Of a stretch of 64,000 nt of DNA, positions 26,437-40,699 are shown one piece after another. Position 1 is the first letter of the stretch; each line of letters begins with the position of its first letter. The translations under genes and the position numbers were made by a program. The stretch covers positions 4,340,001 through 4,404,000 of the forward strand of contig JAYWIR010000005.1 in the NCBI GenBank assembly GCA_036172245.1, given 5' to 3'. This DNA comes from Raillietiella orientalis. Taxonomy: Eukaryota. The notes under the pieces are model-generated. The model did no database searches, was not told the origin of the DNA, and saw nothing but the letters and a program-made list of their open reading frames with translations.

Positions 26437-29400
26437 ATAATCGCCGTTGGAGTCGAACTGAGATTTCCTCTTTCGCCTCCTCATCTGAGTTTTGCAGAGG
26501 TAAGGAGAGAAAAGGGAAGAGGAGCGAATGCATCCGCTACCTCCTCCTCCTCCCCCTACTCTTCTGCTCTCTCACCCTGGGGTCCAAATCACGTTCAGGG
26601 TTCCCACAGTCTCGATTAAGTCACTGATTCATTTCCCTATCAAGAATTTTCATTTACATCGTCCTTATCATTGTTCCACGGTCCTCGCTGTTGCGCCACG
26701 GCGTTCTTTTGTGCTTCGAGTTCATCCACGCCGAAGGATAACGTCCACACACACGCGCACGCACGCACACACACACACAGAGAGAAAGAAAAGAAACAGA
26801 AAGAAAGACAAAGCCAAGAGAAAAAAACCCATGTTTCATTGATCGGCCGGCTCCCGCAGTCAAGTTCTCCCTGATGCTTCATCTGAATAGCTTGTTAGCT
26901 CGTTCCGAGATTTGGTTCACCTCGGATGGGAGACGTTACGATCCTCGAGGAATCCTGCCCGTTCGAAATGGAAGTCTGGGAATAGCGACCTGACGCACGA
27001 AGAGTGCCTCTGTGGATCGGTAAAGGCGACCTCAGGCTTTTCCGTGCCGGCGAAATCCCGCACGGCACCGTAAATCAGTGGCGATTCGAGCCGCTCTCTG
27101 CTACAAGAGTTTCCTCAAGTTCGCCCAATATCCCCTTCGCCCACCATAAACAGAAGAGGAAATCGGAAGTAATCCGAAAGGATGCCTTTCGCTAAGTTTC
27201 TCGGGTTCCCGATCCTCCTTTCTAATCTTTATGGTTTTAGAATTCCTCTGCTTACTGTCTCCCGAGTGTACGTATTTTGTTCCTCCTCCTTTCCTCCTCC
27301 CCTACCCACCCCCACTCCCTAATATGGCGAATATCAGCGTCTCAGTCAGTGTCTTCACCAGAATCCATGGCGTGCTAACAGAACGAAGCGAAGGAACAGC
27401 CACTGGCTCCCGCGTAAAAAGATCCACGGACAACTCGGTCAGGCAAAGGCCGCCGCCCCACACGCGGACATGGACCACAGCGTTCGGATTTGGGCATCGT
27501 GTGTTTCCACCCGGGGGAAAGAGGTGACTTGCGAACTAGGCAGAGGATGATGATAAGCAGCAAAGGGTAGAACTGCAGTCACCTCTCATCGCAGGGGGGG
27601 TTTCTCCTCGGAGCCGTTAACCCTCCGAGTGGCCGCAAGAGAAGACCGCAGCAGAGGCCTTTCGGGAATCTTTTCTCAAGAAAGGACTTTCCGATGAAGG
27701 CGCGTTGGCAAAGCGACCTCCGCGAATCCGTCCGTCCGCAGCCACGGATGTCGTAGCTAAGAGTGAAGCGGAACAAACGAAGAAGGGAAGAAAGGGTGAG
27801 AAGGTAGCAAGGGTCGAGTTAAGTCGAGGATGCTCTACGTGGAAGACGCTTTCCGTTCGTAAAGCAGAACCTGAGAGGATGAGGGTTGCCACGAAAGTTA
27901 CACGATCTGTGCATCACACTTCTTTCCAGCTGCTTTCCGAAACTTCCTGATTAACAGTCAAAACAGAACAAAGGCGCCTCTGTTCTTGTAAGCCAATCGG
28001 GGCGGCTCGGAGTTCGCAGTTGTCGGAGAGTCCAGGCATCCACCTTTAGAGGGATGAAGACTGCTTGAAATCCAAGGATAAGATATTTTTAGAAGCAGCA
28101 GGAAGGATCTCGGATGAACGGTCAATGGACGAGCCCTTAGCTGGTCGAAAGCGCAGAAAAGAAGGAACGGAGCAGCAGTGATCTTTCGGGAGTGGCAGGA
28201 GTTTCGAAACCAGGATGCAGCAGAGCTGAGGATGCACCAGACATATCCTAGGCGGAGATGATCCAGCGGAAACAAAAGATGTTTGTGCTTCCCCGCTCCG
28301 TGGGATATTCGCTATGGGACACAGCTGACCAATCCGCCAAGTAACAAGAAAGGAAAATATGAAAGGATGGAACGCAGCCGATTCGAAAAGGTTTGAGGTT
28401 TCCAAAGAGGTAGTCAGGGGAAACAGCCATGGGCAAACTGGAAGAACATCATCGGATTATTAGCGGTTCAGCGGTTCTGAAATCCCTTGTCCTCAGAGCT
28501 GCAAGAGATGATTTTGATCTCCGGATTTCATTCGTCAAGACGCAAATTAACAATCCCCTCACTTGGGGCGGCGGTTGTCTCTCCCGCTTCCCCCAGTCTT
28601 CCTCACTCAGGGCAGTTCATTCACAAAGGTCTTGGGCCGGGTTCCCTCCTATTCAACTTTTTTTCGATCTCCTCCTGACGTCACCCAGCGTGTCCCTCTG
28701 GAACTCCCTGTCTCGGTGCCGTTTTACTTTCCAGATGAGGTGGCACGATCACTTGCCGCACCCTGCCAACAAAGGGAGAGAATGGAAGAAATTCGTTGCC
28801 CGGGGAGCTCCCGCAATCTCCGGAGTTTCCACCAAAATGACCGAGCGCAGTCGCCGATCCGGAAAAGCGTCCCTCCGCTCTTTCCTTGCTGGTGCGGCGC
28901 AGAGATTGCATCTTCGGCCTCTAGGAGAGATGCGCCGGTCCGGCACCCTCGTTCTAGAACTCCCTCCTTCCAGAAGACTTCCCCCATCGAAGAAGCTCTT
29001 CCTTCACCCGCCACTGGCATCCAGCTTTCGTCACGGTGCGGACGCTTGGGAGAGGCGACGCTCCTGCGTTTCTTTTCCTTCTGCCTGTCGAAAGTGGTAT
29101 CCTCCGAGGCACGCCGGATGAAAAGTTGGCCGCTCGATGGCCTTAAACAGGGTTGACGGTTCCCAGAATCCTGTCAGCCACCTCCTCCCCACGAAGTAAG
29201 GGTAATCCATGGAAGCCTTGCTAAGAAATGAGTCACGCCGCATTTACCTCATGATTAATAATTGACATCTTATCTTAATTCCAGCCAATGAGAACCGCCG
29301 CTAACAGCTACACGGATCCCAATGCCAAACGGCACGCTGGCGGGACTCCCTGCCGTGGCCGGCGCGCACGCGCAGAGAAACCGGCAACACGCGAGCAAAA

Positions 29401-30519
29401 AGGGATGATTCGAAAGCCCGAACCCGTACGGGATCAGGATGGGGGCAGCAGCGCCTAAACTCGCGGGCTCGGGAGAGAGACCCTTTCTCCAGGAGACGAG
29501 CGAGCGCAAGACGCTTCGCCTCCGTGGGAACGAAGTCGAGGGCGATACGGGCGCTCCGCGCGGCAAGACTGGAACTACGGCCGCGAATGGAAAACACCGG
29601 GCGAATAAAAGAACTGTTTTTTTAAAGGTACTTAAAAAGGGTTTCGCCCGTAAAACGAGAGTAAGCAGGAGGCCGCGGTGCGCAGGCGCTTCTCCCTCTG
29701 TTCCACGAAGGATGAGTTGGGGAGGACAGCGGACGAAGCTTCCAGCGTGCCGAGGATCCGCCAAGAAGCGCAAAGATCGGCTCGCCCGCCGACGGACAGA
29801 TCCGGCGGTGCGGCACTCCTTTCGGGAGGAAATGACCTCCCCGCGTCCGTCCGAAACAAATCGAGTGGACAAGAAGAAAACGAGGTGGTGCGGGGAGCAG
29901 GCGGGGGCAAACCACGAACGAGAGCGATCCGCGTCGACGTGCCGGCCGTTCGCGGGAATCTCCCGAACGCGTCCATCGTGGGGATGCGGAAATCGATGAG
30001 AGCAGCTGCTCCTAGAGGATGGATCACGCGCCGGTGCCGAATCTGTGCTGGCCTCCGCCTCGTTCGGGGAAAGCGGTGCATCCGTCTCTCCTCTTCGGCT
30101 CATTATGAGGGAGCCGTTGCTCGCTCCCTCCCCCAACCCCCATAACGCTCATGCTGTGCGTGACACAAGAATGAAACGAAATTCGGGCGCAGCTGCGGTA
30201 TAAATAAGGTGGGCCCGGGAGGCTGGGGAGGGAATCAGGGTCGCGCGAAACGGAATCGATGAATTGGGCTCGGGACGGGAGGAAGGAAAACCTCGGGTTG
30301 CATCGTAAAGGAACGAGGCTGAAGAGAGCGGAACAGAGAAATGAGGGTGTGTTTTCTTTTTGTTTGTTTTTTTTTTTTGTGTGTGTATGTGTTTTTTTTG
30401 CTTTTTGTTTTTCTTTTTGGCGCAAGAACACGCCATGCCAACCTCAAAAAGCAGCAGCGTGGCACCCTTCAAAGCAGCCTCCTGTCACGGGAACTTCGCA
30501 CTGCAGACACCGGTAAAAG

Positions 30520-31250
30520 GATTTTTTTCAAAGGACCAGGAGATAATTGAGACGCGCGCAACTGCAGTTCGGATTATCCTGAAACTAAAAATGGGAAATC
30601 CAACGTGAGGATGACAGGGGGAGAAAAGGGCTGCTCCAGGGAAGGTTGTCCGGAACATAAATGTCCCGATGCTGGTGCTCTGTGGGCAGAAAGCCGAAAC
30701 CAACGTGGGTTTCCCAGGAACATTACGCAGCAGCCACTTTCCGTCTAGAAGCCTCTTGATCGAACCCGCGCGTAAAGCAGCGGGTTGAGTGGCGGGTAAG
30801 CAGCGCGCACAAGAAGAGGAGCACGGCCTCCGGCGGGAAGACTCCAGGGAGTCTCAGAGGGATGTCCAGATGCCACCGGCTCATCTCAGAAGGAGCGATA
30901 GGCGTGCGTGCGCGCGTTTGGGATGAAGTGTTCCAGAGACGCTGCTGGCTGGAGAGGCGAAACAGGATCCAAAATCCGAGGCGGAATTCTTGCAGATAAA
31001 GCGGTCTCAGGATGGGGTCCTTCCAAAATGAGAATCCATTGTCTAATGGAGAGGAAGGAGGGTGCAGAAAGCCTTCGCGTTTCCAGGGAGTCCAGACTCT
31101 ATGGGGGCAGCAGCGGCACGGCAAAGTGATGGATTCCATCCCTCGGAGCATCACGAGATTGATTTTTGCTGGAGCAGTCTCTGCGAAACGAGATGAAGCC
31201 ACTCTAACAAGGGGAACCCGCCTTCATTAGTACGAATCTTCCCGGTGCCG
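30520..31250 (-). mobile_element. Degenerate L1-like 3' remnant (tentative)
   Basis: The minus ORF contains PILRPLYLQEFRLGFWILFRLSSQQRLW, resembling the segment before the L1 zinc knuckle. It is followed by pyrimidine-rich sequence ending in an A-run near 30522. Confidence 0.35.
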
Positions 31251-33949
31251 CCTACCGTAACAGCACTCCTGGAAGAGGGAATTGCGACCTCAGACCAGAG
31301 GAAACAGTTATTATTATTATTATTATTGGTGTTTTTTTTTTATAAAGAGAACTTCCTTGAGAGACCTTCGAGGGCGGAATAAAAGCTTTCGAAAGAACGA
31401 AGAGGTTCATTACTATGGTGACCACCAAGCACAGACTGCTGCTGCCGCTTTTCACTTCAAGATCAGATTCAATGAGAGGCAAAACTCGAGTGTACGCATC
31501 AAGGTACAGGATGCAGATCCTGTGCGACTGGAAGCGAACTCGCACATTCGTTCCTCAGGGTGGAAATTCTTCTGTCTTGGATTCACCATCCTGATTTCAA
31601 AGGGAAAAAAAAAAAGTCGACAAAGAAGGACCACTCACTTTCTCGCGCATGATGGCCGTGGCTGACTTTCCCGCTGACCCCGTTGGTTGCCCGGCACCAA
31701 AGAGCTTTGGGAAGATGGTTTCCAGGTGTTGGCGGTGCGGCGCTATCCTCCTCGACGACTCGGGGTTGTATTCGTTGTCAAAGGATGCGGAAGCGACGCA
31801 AAGGCTCTCGAAGTGCTCCCGTCCAGCAGGCTGCCATATGCATTTCTCGTGACTCCCAGATGCAGCGGGGGAAGGCCGTGTCCTTCATCCAAGCGGAAGC
31901 CACGCGAAAAGCCTCCTGTATCTTTCACGACCTCTAGCTGACTTTTCCGCCTCTGAATGTGGAGATGAGACCGCCGTCTCGTCCCAGACCGGTTCCTTCT
32001 TCGCCGTGTCGCAAGGGTATTGTCACACGCTGACCGCATAACGCCCTGGGAGACCCGGCTCCAGCCAACCGTCCGAAAGAAACCCCCGATCGACTGCGGG
32101 TCTCGCAGAGCCGCTTAGCTGCTTTATCAGTCCGTGCCGGAGCCCCTCCAGTGGCATCTTCTTTGAGTCATCGAGATGGGTCGGGCAGCAGGAGGAAACA
32201 TGAGAAAGAGGCGACGGGAGCTCGGTGCAGCCCTATTCCAGAGTTTCAGCAGGATGAGGACCACCCGTCAAGCAGTCCGTTCTGGGCGCTAGAAGCAGAA
32301 CTCCTCCCTTGTGTCCTCAGCGAGGTCTCGAATGCTTCCGACTGAGCGGCCTTTGTTCGCGGCCTACAAGGACAGCATGGCGTGGAATTTCAAGTCTGGG
32401 GTAGTCCATGGACGCGTTGTGTGCTCTGAGGAGGGGAGGGGGAGGGGGAAGGAAGAGTCTGCGTCTTCCAGAAAACAGACCGTTGAACCCGTTCATTGGT
32501 GTAAGACGAGACGCGCGCTGAGCCACTGCTTAGCGGCGTCACGGCGACTCGGTGAGACAATGAAGCATGTCCGCGGAAGATCCTGGCTCCTTCCTTTCTT
32601 CACGGAAGGTTCTCGTGGAAACAGCCTCTGCAGCCGAACGCGCACCAAGAGTCCCTCCCTCGATGACCCACCGCAACCAGCCGTTCGTGCCCTCCCCCCC
32701 CCCTCTCCTTTCTCCCCTTGCTTTAGCTCCTAGGAAGAAGAACAAAAGGTTCTCTGAGTGGATCTGGTGGGCCTCCCGGATCGCACAAAGGGCTAGAATG
32801 CATTTGCACGGGGTCGGAGCCGCTCGGCAGCAGCTCCCAAATCCGAGGACGCCTGCTCAGTTTTCCTGGAGACCACGCCGGGCGCTAATCCTTCCGAGAA
32901 TGAACCGCGCAGGGGGCAGCGAAGGATGCTTCCCTCGCGTCGAGGGGGTCGCGCTCGCGGCCGAACCTTCCGAGCGGCGCCCGTTTTGCATCAGACTAGG
33001 GACAAAAGAGCTACAGATGGGATGCGACCGGCGCGCAGCTGAGATGGGTAAACAAACAATCCGACCTGCATGCGAGGCGAAATTTGGAGGGATCGAAGAA
33101 GGGGCGACAATGCAGAGGGGAAACGTTGTGCGAAGAGGGATGGGACCATTGAGGAAGAGCATCTTTTCAAAAGGTTTTTTTTTTTTTTTTTCCTCTGCCT
33201 TCCCAAAAGAAATCACAAGTGACACAGAAACGTCCCAACGAGTTAATAACGGAAACAAAAGCTCCCCCGATGTGCCCTGCCGGCCCAAACCCGCTGCTCC
33301 GGTGAAGGAATGTCGACGGGGACTGACAGCAAGCAAAATAACTCCATGTCTCTGCGGCCCGTGGATCGTGGACCGACAAAAGTCACCTTCTGCCGAGGGC
33401 AAGAATCGCGTGCCGCCGAAATTATCGGAAGCAGGGGAGGGAGGGGGAGAACAAGCGCGTTCTCCCGCGAAGATGCATGCGTGCAGGATGATTGCAAGGG
33501 GTGCCACCCCGGCCACCTTCCCTTTGAACTCATCCGTTCGGACACGACCCCTGCGGTCAGCGTTCAAAAGCGCTGGCCGTTCGTGCGTTCGCAAGCGGAA
33601 GGGTCACAACCGGTCGAGTTCTATCAGGGTCGCCAACCTCCTCCCCCTCCTCCCCTGATCTTGACCGCACCAAGATCCCCTCGTACCGAAGGGCGCCACA
33701 GGCGTGCTCAATTTTACAGATACGAGGCCGATGATGGGACTAACGGCCAGTGCTCCTGGAGGAAGGAGCGAAATCGTCTCAGATGAAGAGAGGTGCAACA
33801 TCCCGGTTACTTTCTGGAAGGGTTCCGAACAACGGGGAACACCGAGAAGGGGGAAGATGGCATGCCGAACGAAGGTTCCTTTTAAACACGGAAGACAGCG
33901 CGCTTGTTGCTGTGCAAAATGCTGAAGATCAAGAAGAGTCGGGATGAGA

Positions 33950-34700
33950 GGAACCTCGGAGCTCCCACGCTGAGCTCCAGAAAAGGAAAGTAGGCCTAGA
34001 GTGGCAGGAGCCCTCCGAGGTCGGCAGCCTGCGATTCCCGCGGAAGTGAAGACCCGATCGATAATTTTCATTCGTCTTCACGTACCGGAAGTGCTTCTTT
34101 CTAAGTGCGCGTGCATGTGTTCGCGTCTTCCTGAGTGCTCTGCGCCATCCGCAAGCCAGCATCTGCTGCATTTGCGTTATGGCTGCACGGCGGCACGACG
34201 AAGGACAATGGCGCGAGGTCGCCTTCCGCAGCAGGCGTCCTCCTCTTGTCAGAGGAAGGCTCTTCTTTCCTTCACTATACCCAGTGTACATGCGCCTTTA
34301 CTCTCCCTTCTTTCCTCTCCTACCTTCTTTCAGTCCCTTCCAAAGTGCCTGTCGAGTTCTGGATGAGCGGGTCCGCGGAATGGTCGCCGTGGATCTGTGG
34401 CTCATCGATCGGTCACTCCTTCTCGAGGAAGAAGATGTTTTCTCTCCACCGAGGCTCCGGAAGGGAATGGTAAGTATTCCCGCGGTAGTTCTTGAAACGG
34501 GGAACGCCTCCTTCCGGGAAGCCATCGTCCGTGAAATGCCAAGGAGGATTCCTCCGTTTCCATCGGAAGCACTTCTTTCCGGATCTCGTGGTACCCAAAA
34601 CGTCCGCGCGCTCCGATCCTTCCTCCCAGCACCCGCAAGTTCAATCCTAGAACTGTTCCTTCTGTGATTCCTTCCTTTCCACTTTCCCCTCGTTGCTCAT
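33950..34700 (+). mobile_element. Degenerate L1-like ORF2 C-terminus
   Basis: CSRLPECSAPSASQHLLHLRYGCTAAR resembles the zf-RVT C..C...HL...C..AR motif. Downstream LWLIDRSLLLE resembles the IW..RN..VF block. Confidence 0.45.
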
Positions 34701-35565
34701 CCTTGGCGGTAGTCTTCTCAAAAGTCTTCCTCACTTCTGGAATCGGATGGAAATGTTACGAGTGCCGGTGGTGTATTTTTTTCGTGGCAGGGCACAGCTT
34801 TTTTCAGCTTCCCTTCTGCAGTGGGGGCAGGGAGACCCACGGAGGATGGCGGGTCCGGAACTCAACAGTTGGACGACGCCGGAACCGGAACGAAAGCCTT
34901 TCGAAACGAGACGAAAGTTTTCTTGAGTGATTTCGAGGATGCGGACTGCTGATTTCTGTGAAGGAGGAAGGGGGAAGGAGGGAACAGCAGGGGACCTCCG
35001 CCTCGGCAGCGCCGCTTCTTCAGGAAGTCGCTGTTCATCCCATTGCAGGAAGGCTGTGACCACTGCTTCTCGCGTTCCTTTTGCAGCGAGAAGTACCAAG
35101 AAAGCTTGAGGTTGCAGAATCCCTTCACGGAACCCTCAAGTCGAACGCCACACGTCCACTCATAGGCGGTCTTCTTCCCGTTGGCATGAGATGGACTGAG
35201 AAGGCCTCCTGACGAAACCCTTTGCCTCTGAAGTCACTTCTATCGTCTGATGCTAGCGATTCCTTTCACCCAAGCTGCTGGATCCAGCAGCTCGAGGAAT
35301 CTTTCCTCTTCTCCGTATCTCCTCTCCAGGGATGCGCTACTCATGACAACAGGGAGGGGTACAAATGATGGAGGTGAAGATGAATGCTATTTCGTCACAT
35401 AGATGTCTGCTGGGTCACCCGTTCCCAAGGATCTACGACGAGCTCTTCTGCTCCTTTGGAGGCGGAGTGGGGAATCAATCCTTAGCGTTCCGTTGTTCTG
35501 ACTTTTCTTGAGCTACCACCGAGTTGCGAAAGAAACGGGAGATGTCCAATACAATCGTTACAAGA

Positions 35566-36050
35566 GATGGTCCATCCGATGCTTCCAGAGTTTGCGCTGG
35601 GAGTCCTGGATGTTCGAGAGCATCACACTTTTCTTGTGACGTGCCCCGCCCGCCACCTAGGGGTCTTCAGCTCTTTCATTACGTCGACGTTTGCTGGTTC
35701 CACGAATCCAGGATCTTGGGCGACCACCCACACTCTTATGGAGGGAAGGGGAATCCCACCCTCCACATCCGTCCTCCTTCTGCTGTATTCACCCTTCAGG
35801 AGCGACCACTGAGCTTCGTTTGATCGGCGTGCGGGACCCTTCCTTCGTCCTGGAGCATCGGCTTGGAGTCGGCAACAGGGATAGGACGGCTCTCAATGCG
35901 TGTGGTTGGTGCTCCTGATCCGGGCCACCAGTTCATCTTCAATCAGACGTCGAACTGCTGCTGCGATGACGGTGTACGTGTTTGAGGGACTCTTCCCACA
36001 CGACGCAACCACTGGCACTTGCGTACCACTCGGCTCCGCATTGGCGCAAG
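35566..36050 (-). repeat. Dispersed repeat, copy 2 (inverted relative to 2050-2533)
   Basis: Reverse-complement match to 2050-2533. Confidence 0.95.
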
Positions 36051-37999
36051 CAGCATTAACGAGAGGCACTGCGTTGAGCCGTGCTGTTTGAACATGGCAA
36101 CAGCGAACCCGTGACCTGCCATCTCGATGCCCTCGAGCTGGACTGTTACCTACCGTGTCCATCCCGCAAGCTTCATCTTTCTTTGCCAATGGGAACCGCT
36201 GCAAACACCTGGATCGAGATGCATAGGAGTTCTCCTGGAACTGCTGCTCTTTGACGCTTTCATTCTCTGCCGCATGAACTCCTCGATGCTTCCGTGCGAG
36301 GATTGCTCTGGGGAGATGCTCCAACGTTGCTGTTCCCTCCCCCTTGCTGCATCCTCTGAGTCTGTGTTTTGAGAGTACAGCAGCCGTTTTCGGATCACTT
36401 CTTCCTCCTCCCACCTTGGCAAGACCCGTTTTCAACGGCTCGAGTTTTTGTTTGGCGCCGAAACGCGAATTTGTTTTCCCTCTTCCCGTTGAAGGCAGGA
36501 CGAAGGGAAGAGGGGATCGACTTTTCGAATGAGCGGCGAAGGGTCGATGAACGTGGGTGCGCCCGACCGCCACGCCACCCCGTTCCGCAAAGCATCGAGG
36601 AAACTTCGTGAAGCTGGCAGCAACGAACGGAACGGAAATCTTCATCGATTTTCTCTGGTCCGTTCCTTCGGTTTTCGTTTTTTGTCTTTCCATGTGCTCA
36701 TCCCGGATCTGGAATGTCTGGAAGCCCCGAGACGCCGGTCAGGGAATTGAGAGTTCGGTGCAATCCGTCTGAGCAGACGCTTAGTGATATCCTTCTGGTG
36801 AGGCTGCATGAGCCCCTGGCGGCAGCAATAGGAATAGCGGAACATCCCCTCCACAAGGAATGCTCCCGTTGCTTCTCACGAAAAGGCTGCACCCCACAGT
36901 CTCTCCCAGCTTCCCTCCCGGACTTGATTTACCTCCGGATGCCTTGAGCCGCTTGGAGAGGAGGAGAGGGGGAAGGGAGGACCTCCTTCGATCGGAGATC
37001 GCAGTCTCCACTCGTTCCGGCTGCGACATCCGAGATCGGCGTACCAGACGATATGTCCTTCAGCACGACTGGATGTCTAGGAGGCACGAAGGGAATCCTG
37101 CGAGCGACTTCGGAAGAGAGAGAGGATGGGCAGGAAGCACCGTGCGGGGGCTTGTCTCTAAGTTCTTCAAGGCCGCATGGAGGGTGAAGCAGAAGCTGAC
37201 GGAGGAGGAACGGCACTGAGGGAAACCGCAAGCGGTTCGGCGCACACGAATGAGGAGATGAGTGCTGCAGGGCGCTGTGGTGTTTCCATTCTCTTGGATG
37301 CGCCGATACGGCTCATGCCTGCATTGCAAGGACCTCAATGGCACGCGGTCATCCTGCCTGCTGCTCGCGCAAGGAGAATCCTCCTCTCGGTTTCCTTCCT
37401 GCCTGGATACCCTTCCTGCAGGAACCACTTGAGGTCCTAAGAGAAGCATGAGCCAAGAAGAAGAAGGAAGGGAAGCGGAAATCTACCCTCCGCGTTCCTC
37501 AGAGGGGGCGAGCAAATCCTCCGAGTGCCAGTTTTAGGCGGTCCTCCTCCTGAAGCAGACAGAAGATGTGGGAAGATGGCCGTCGAACAAAGGTTCACGA
37601 GACGCGGGTTCATTTCAAGGCGGAGACTCCCCTTTCCGTGGGCAGCCTCCATCCAGCCGGCGAACCTGCGGTCGCGGCTTCGGACGGACCACCAGAGGAT
37701 AATGGATGGCGAAATTAGGGAAAACCCCGGAAAGTGTGTCTCCCGAAGGAGGAAGGGAGGTTGTGTTCGTGATCAGCTGCTGGCAGAAATAGCAACGGCA
37801 GTGACGGCCGTACGGCTGGTGATGCAGCTGCTTTGGTTCCCGAATCCGAAGAACCGAGACGCTTTCAAAGCAAGGAGGAAGACGTGGATAAGCGGCGGCG
37901 GCATCCCCAGCACCAGCCTCACGGACTCCATCGCCACCTCCATTCTTGAGCCTTCGCATTTGCTGAAAAAAAGAGGTTGACAAAGTGTTTTCTCGATAG

Positions 38000-38592
38000 A
38001 TTGTGGCCCGCGTGGCCCGGTCTCCGTGTGTGGCACCGAGCGTTGCTAGTTCGAATCCCCAAGTGATGCCGAGGATGTGGGGTACGTCGTGCGTTTTGAA
38101 TTCCCACCCCCATCCTCAAGATAACGCTGGCTGGGGGACGATAGGCTTCGGGTGCGGCTACTGGTGGAATTCGGAAACCGGATGCGCCCCTGTTGACTCA
38201 CCGGGACTGCTCCGGGGTTCTTCCAGGAATCGAGGAGTTCGGTTCTCTTCGGGCTTCCTCTCGGGCTGGGAAAATGGACCCTCCATCACGTACCGTGGAT
38301 CTGGCTGGTATCCCCACTCGGAGGGGAGGTCACCTCTCCAGAGCGTAAGAAGGCAGCGTCCTGCAGAGAAATTGGGAAATGTCCATTCGGGGTTCTTTTC
38401 AGAGAAGAAAACAAGGAGCAGATGCTTTCCGGAGAATAAATCGTGAGTGACTCAGTCCTGGGAGTCCCTCCGGAGACAACCAGGGTAAAGGGTCCCCTTG
38501 AAGAGTGAGAGAGGAACGAACTCTTTCCTCCGGAGCCCTTCCTGGATTCACAGGGTGGTCTCTCCGGGGTTACCCCCCAACTTGAAGAGTCT
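38000..38592 (+). mobile_element. tRNA-headed SINE-like element, copy 1
   Basis: A-box-like TGGCCCGCGTGG (38004-38015) and B box GTTCGAATCC (38049-38058). The body is homologous to 46157-46660 and 61435-62161 (for example TTCCAGGAATC(G/A)AGGAG), and all copies share the 3' end TTGAAGA. Confidence 0.8.
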
Positions 38593-40699
38593 CCACCTCC
38601 ATCCTTGAACCTTTTCGTTCCCTGAAAAAGGTGCCTGACAAAGTGTCTTCTCAATAGGTCATGGCTGTGTCAAGAATCCTCATCGTTGCCGAGCAGGCGC
38701 GGTTGCCTTACAGGAGGTCCGTCGTTACCAGGAGAACCCTGAGCTGCTGCTCCTCGCGTTGGGTCGCCTCCCCAACGCCGAGTGCGCGAAGCAGCTCAAG
38801 ATTGGGAAACGGATTTGCGTTTCCGGAGCCTGGTAGTGCCGTCCCTGAAAGAAGCTGGTAGTGTTCACTCTGTCGGACCTCTTTGAGGACGCGAACCCGC
38901 GCGCTATCCGTTCCAAACGCTTGACCATCGTGTCGAAAGATGCTCGGCTGGCTGGTCGCATCCGCGGCGAGCGTGCTCACGATGGAACAGAAGCAAACGC
39001 CAACAGGAAAAACAGAGCCTCCACGCATCCCCTTCATCTTCGACACGGGTTACCCCTGCGACGTGGTCGCCGATGTCATCGTCGACCAGCAACATCATTG
39101 CTGCCGGCGTTCTCACCGTCACTGCTTCCTGGAAGGTGGATAGAACAGCAGCAGCAGCATAGACGCACTCCGTCCACTGGTGGCTCCTCACTTTAGGGAC
39201 GTCCACAAAAAAGCACACGCAAAATGCATTTCTCCTCGGAGGATTGGAGAGACTCTCTTCCTCTCCCTACGGAGAAATGGGCACCGATGGCACAATCAAT
39301 GAGCGTGATGACTTCGAAGAAGTACAGACCGTGCTTGCACGTACGCGCGTTTTTTTCGACAGTAGTAGTGGGGAGAAGGGGTGGGCAGGAGGAGCATCGG
39401 ATGGAATCGTTCGGACCCCCTTCCGAGAGAAAAGGGGTTCAGACAATCAGGACCTGCGGCGCTGCAGGTGAGCACTGAAGAGGTGATGCTTCTTGCCTTC
39501 CCACTTTGTTTATGAGTTTTCCGATAGAGGATGCATCATCAGATGCCTCGAGCGCGGAGGTTTGGGACGCATTTGTCATTCGGGAAGCGCAAGGGGCGAG
39601 GCGCCGTTCATTGAAAGCGAAACGGAGCGACCCCAACTTTTAATCAAATCGCCTGGGCACCCTCGCAGGCTGATGTCCCGCCGTTTATATCGATGGGGCC
39701 TTTAACTTCTCGCCCGGTGCGTAAGCCGTGGGTTGCCGAGGTAACTGCTCTGGGGGGAGATTGCGCATCGCTTAATGTACTTCTCTGTGGAAATTGTCTT
39801 CCTGGGAATTCGGGTCTGGGGCGAAGGATTTTGTACTCCCCGGATCTCGAGACTTCCAGCGACTTCTGCGTCCCAGACCGAAAGTGCTCGGGTAAGGGGG
39901 AGAGGGGGGAGGCAAGCAACTGCCTCTTCGGTGATCTCACTGGCGGCGGGAGATGCACCCGGAATCGAACTCCCGCGTTTTGCTCGGAGGCGCTTGCAAG
40001 GCGTGGCCCCCACCGTCCATCGCAGCACCTCTCTCTTCGGCTCCCCCCGAGACATCCACAGCTGGGGATGCTGTGCCGAGCGCCAGCGACACTCCGCGAC
40101 TTTATCGATCCGACGTTTTCTCTCCTCTTCGTTGCCTTCTGCATCGGGAGCGTGCTTCAGAAGGAAGGTAGGAAGAATCGTGGAAGGATGGATAGGCCGG
40201 AAGCGGGTCCTGCCGTCGCTGCTGCCCTCTGGATCGTGAGACCAATGCCTCGTTCGAAGGGACCCATTCATGGACTCTAGTTTTCTGGAGCTCCAGAGCT
40301 TCCGAGCAGTTTTTCGGTTTTCATCCCGGAAGCAGCAGCTCTGATCGGGGCGCGGTCTTCGACCAGCTCTTCCCCGGTGTTGAGAGCGGAGGAATAAGAG
40401 AGACAGATAAGGGGCAGAGGAGGAAATCTTGGCCATCGACTGCTTCCGCCTACTGCTCAGGGACCTTTTCCAGAAAGCGGCAAACCTTTCCGGGAAAGGT
40501 CCCTGAGCAGACGATGGAAGTCCCGAACTCGCTTTCCTCGGATGGGCGAACGGCGAGGATCAAAAGGGACTCTCGGCAAAGGGAAGAGGTCCAATTCTGA
40601 AGAGGCCGAATTCCACCCTTTCTGCTGGGAGCGGTAGGATGCACACTGGAATATCCGTCTCTATAGAACAGCGCATGAGCACGAGCTCAAGATTCCCGA

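Noticed and set aside
31252..31634. RT fragment (QKNF...SKAF)
   Set aside because: The spacing is about 60 codons, too long for the Q.GF to D..KAF interval, and the catalytic Asp is missing.
32567..33658. Longest ORF in the track (363 aa) as a gene
   Set aside because: It is Arg/Pro/Ala-rich, runs through poly-C and poly-T tracts, overlaps long antisense ORFs and shows no recognisable domain. This is typical GC-rich noise.
39000..39100. Retropepsin-like FIFDTG motif
   Set aside because: It is an isolated short motif with no flanking gag, LTR-type RT, integrase or LTR evidence.
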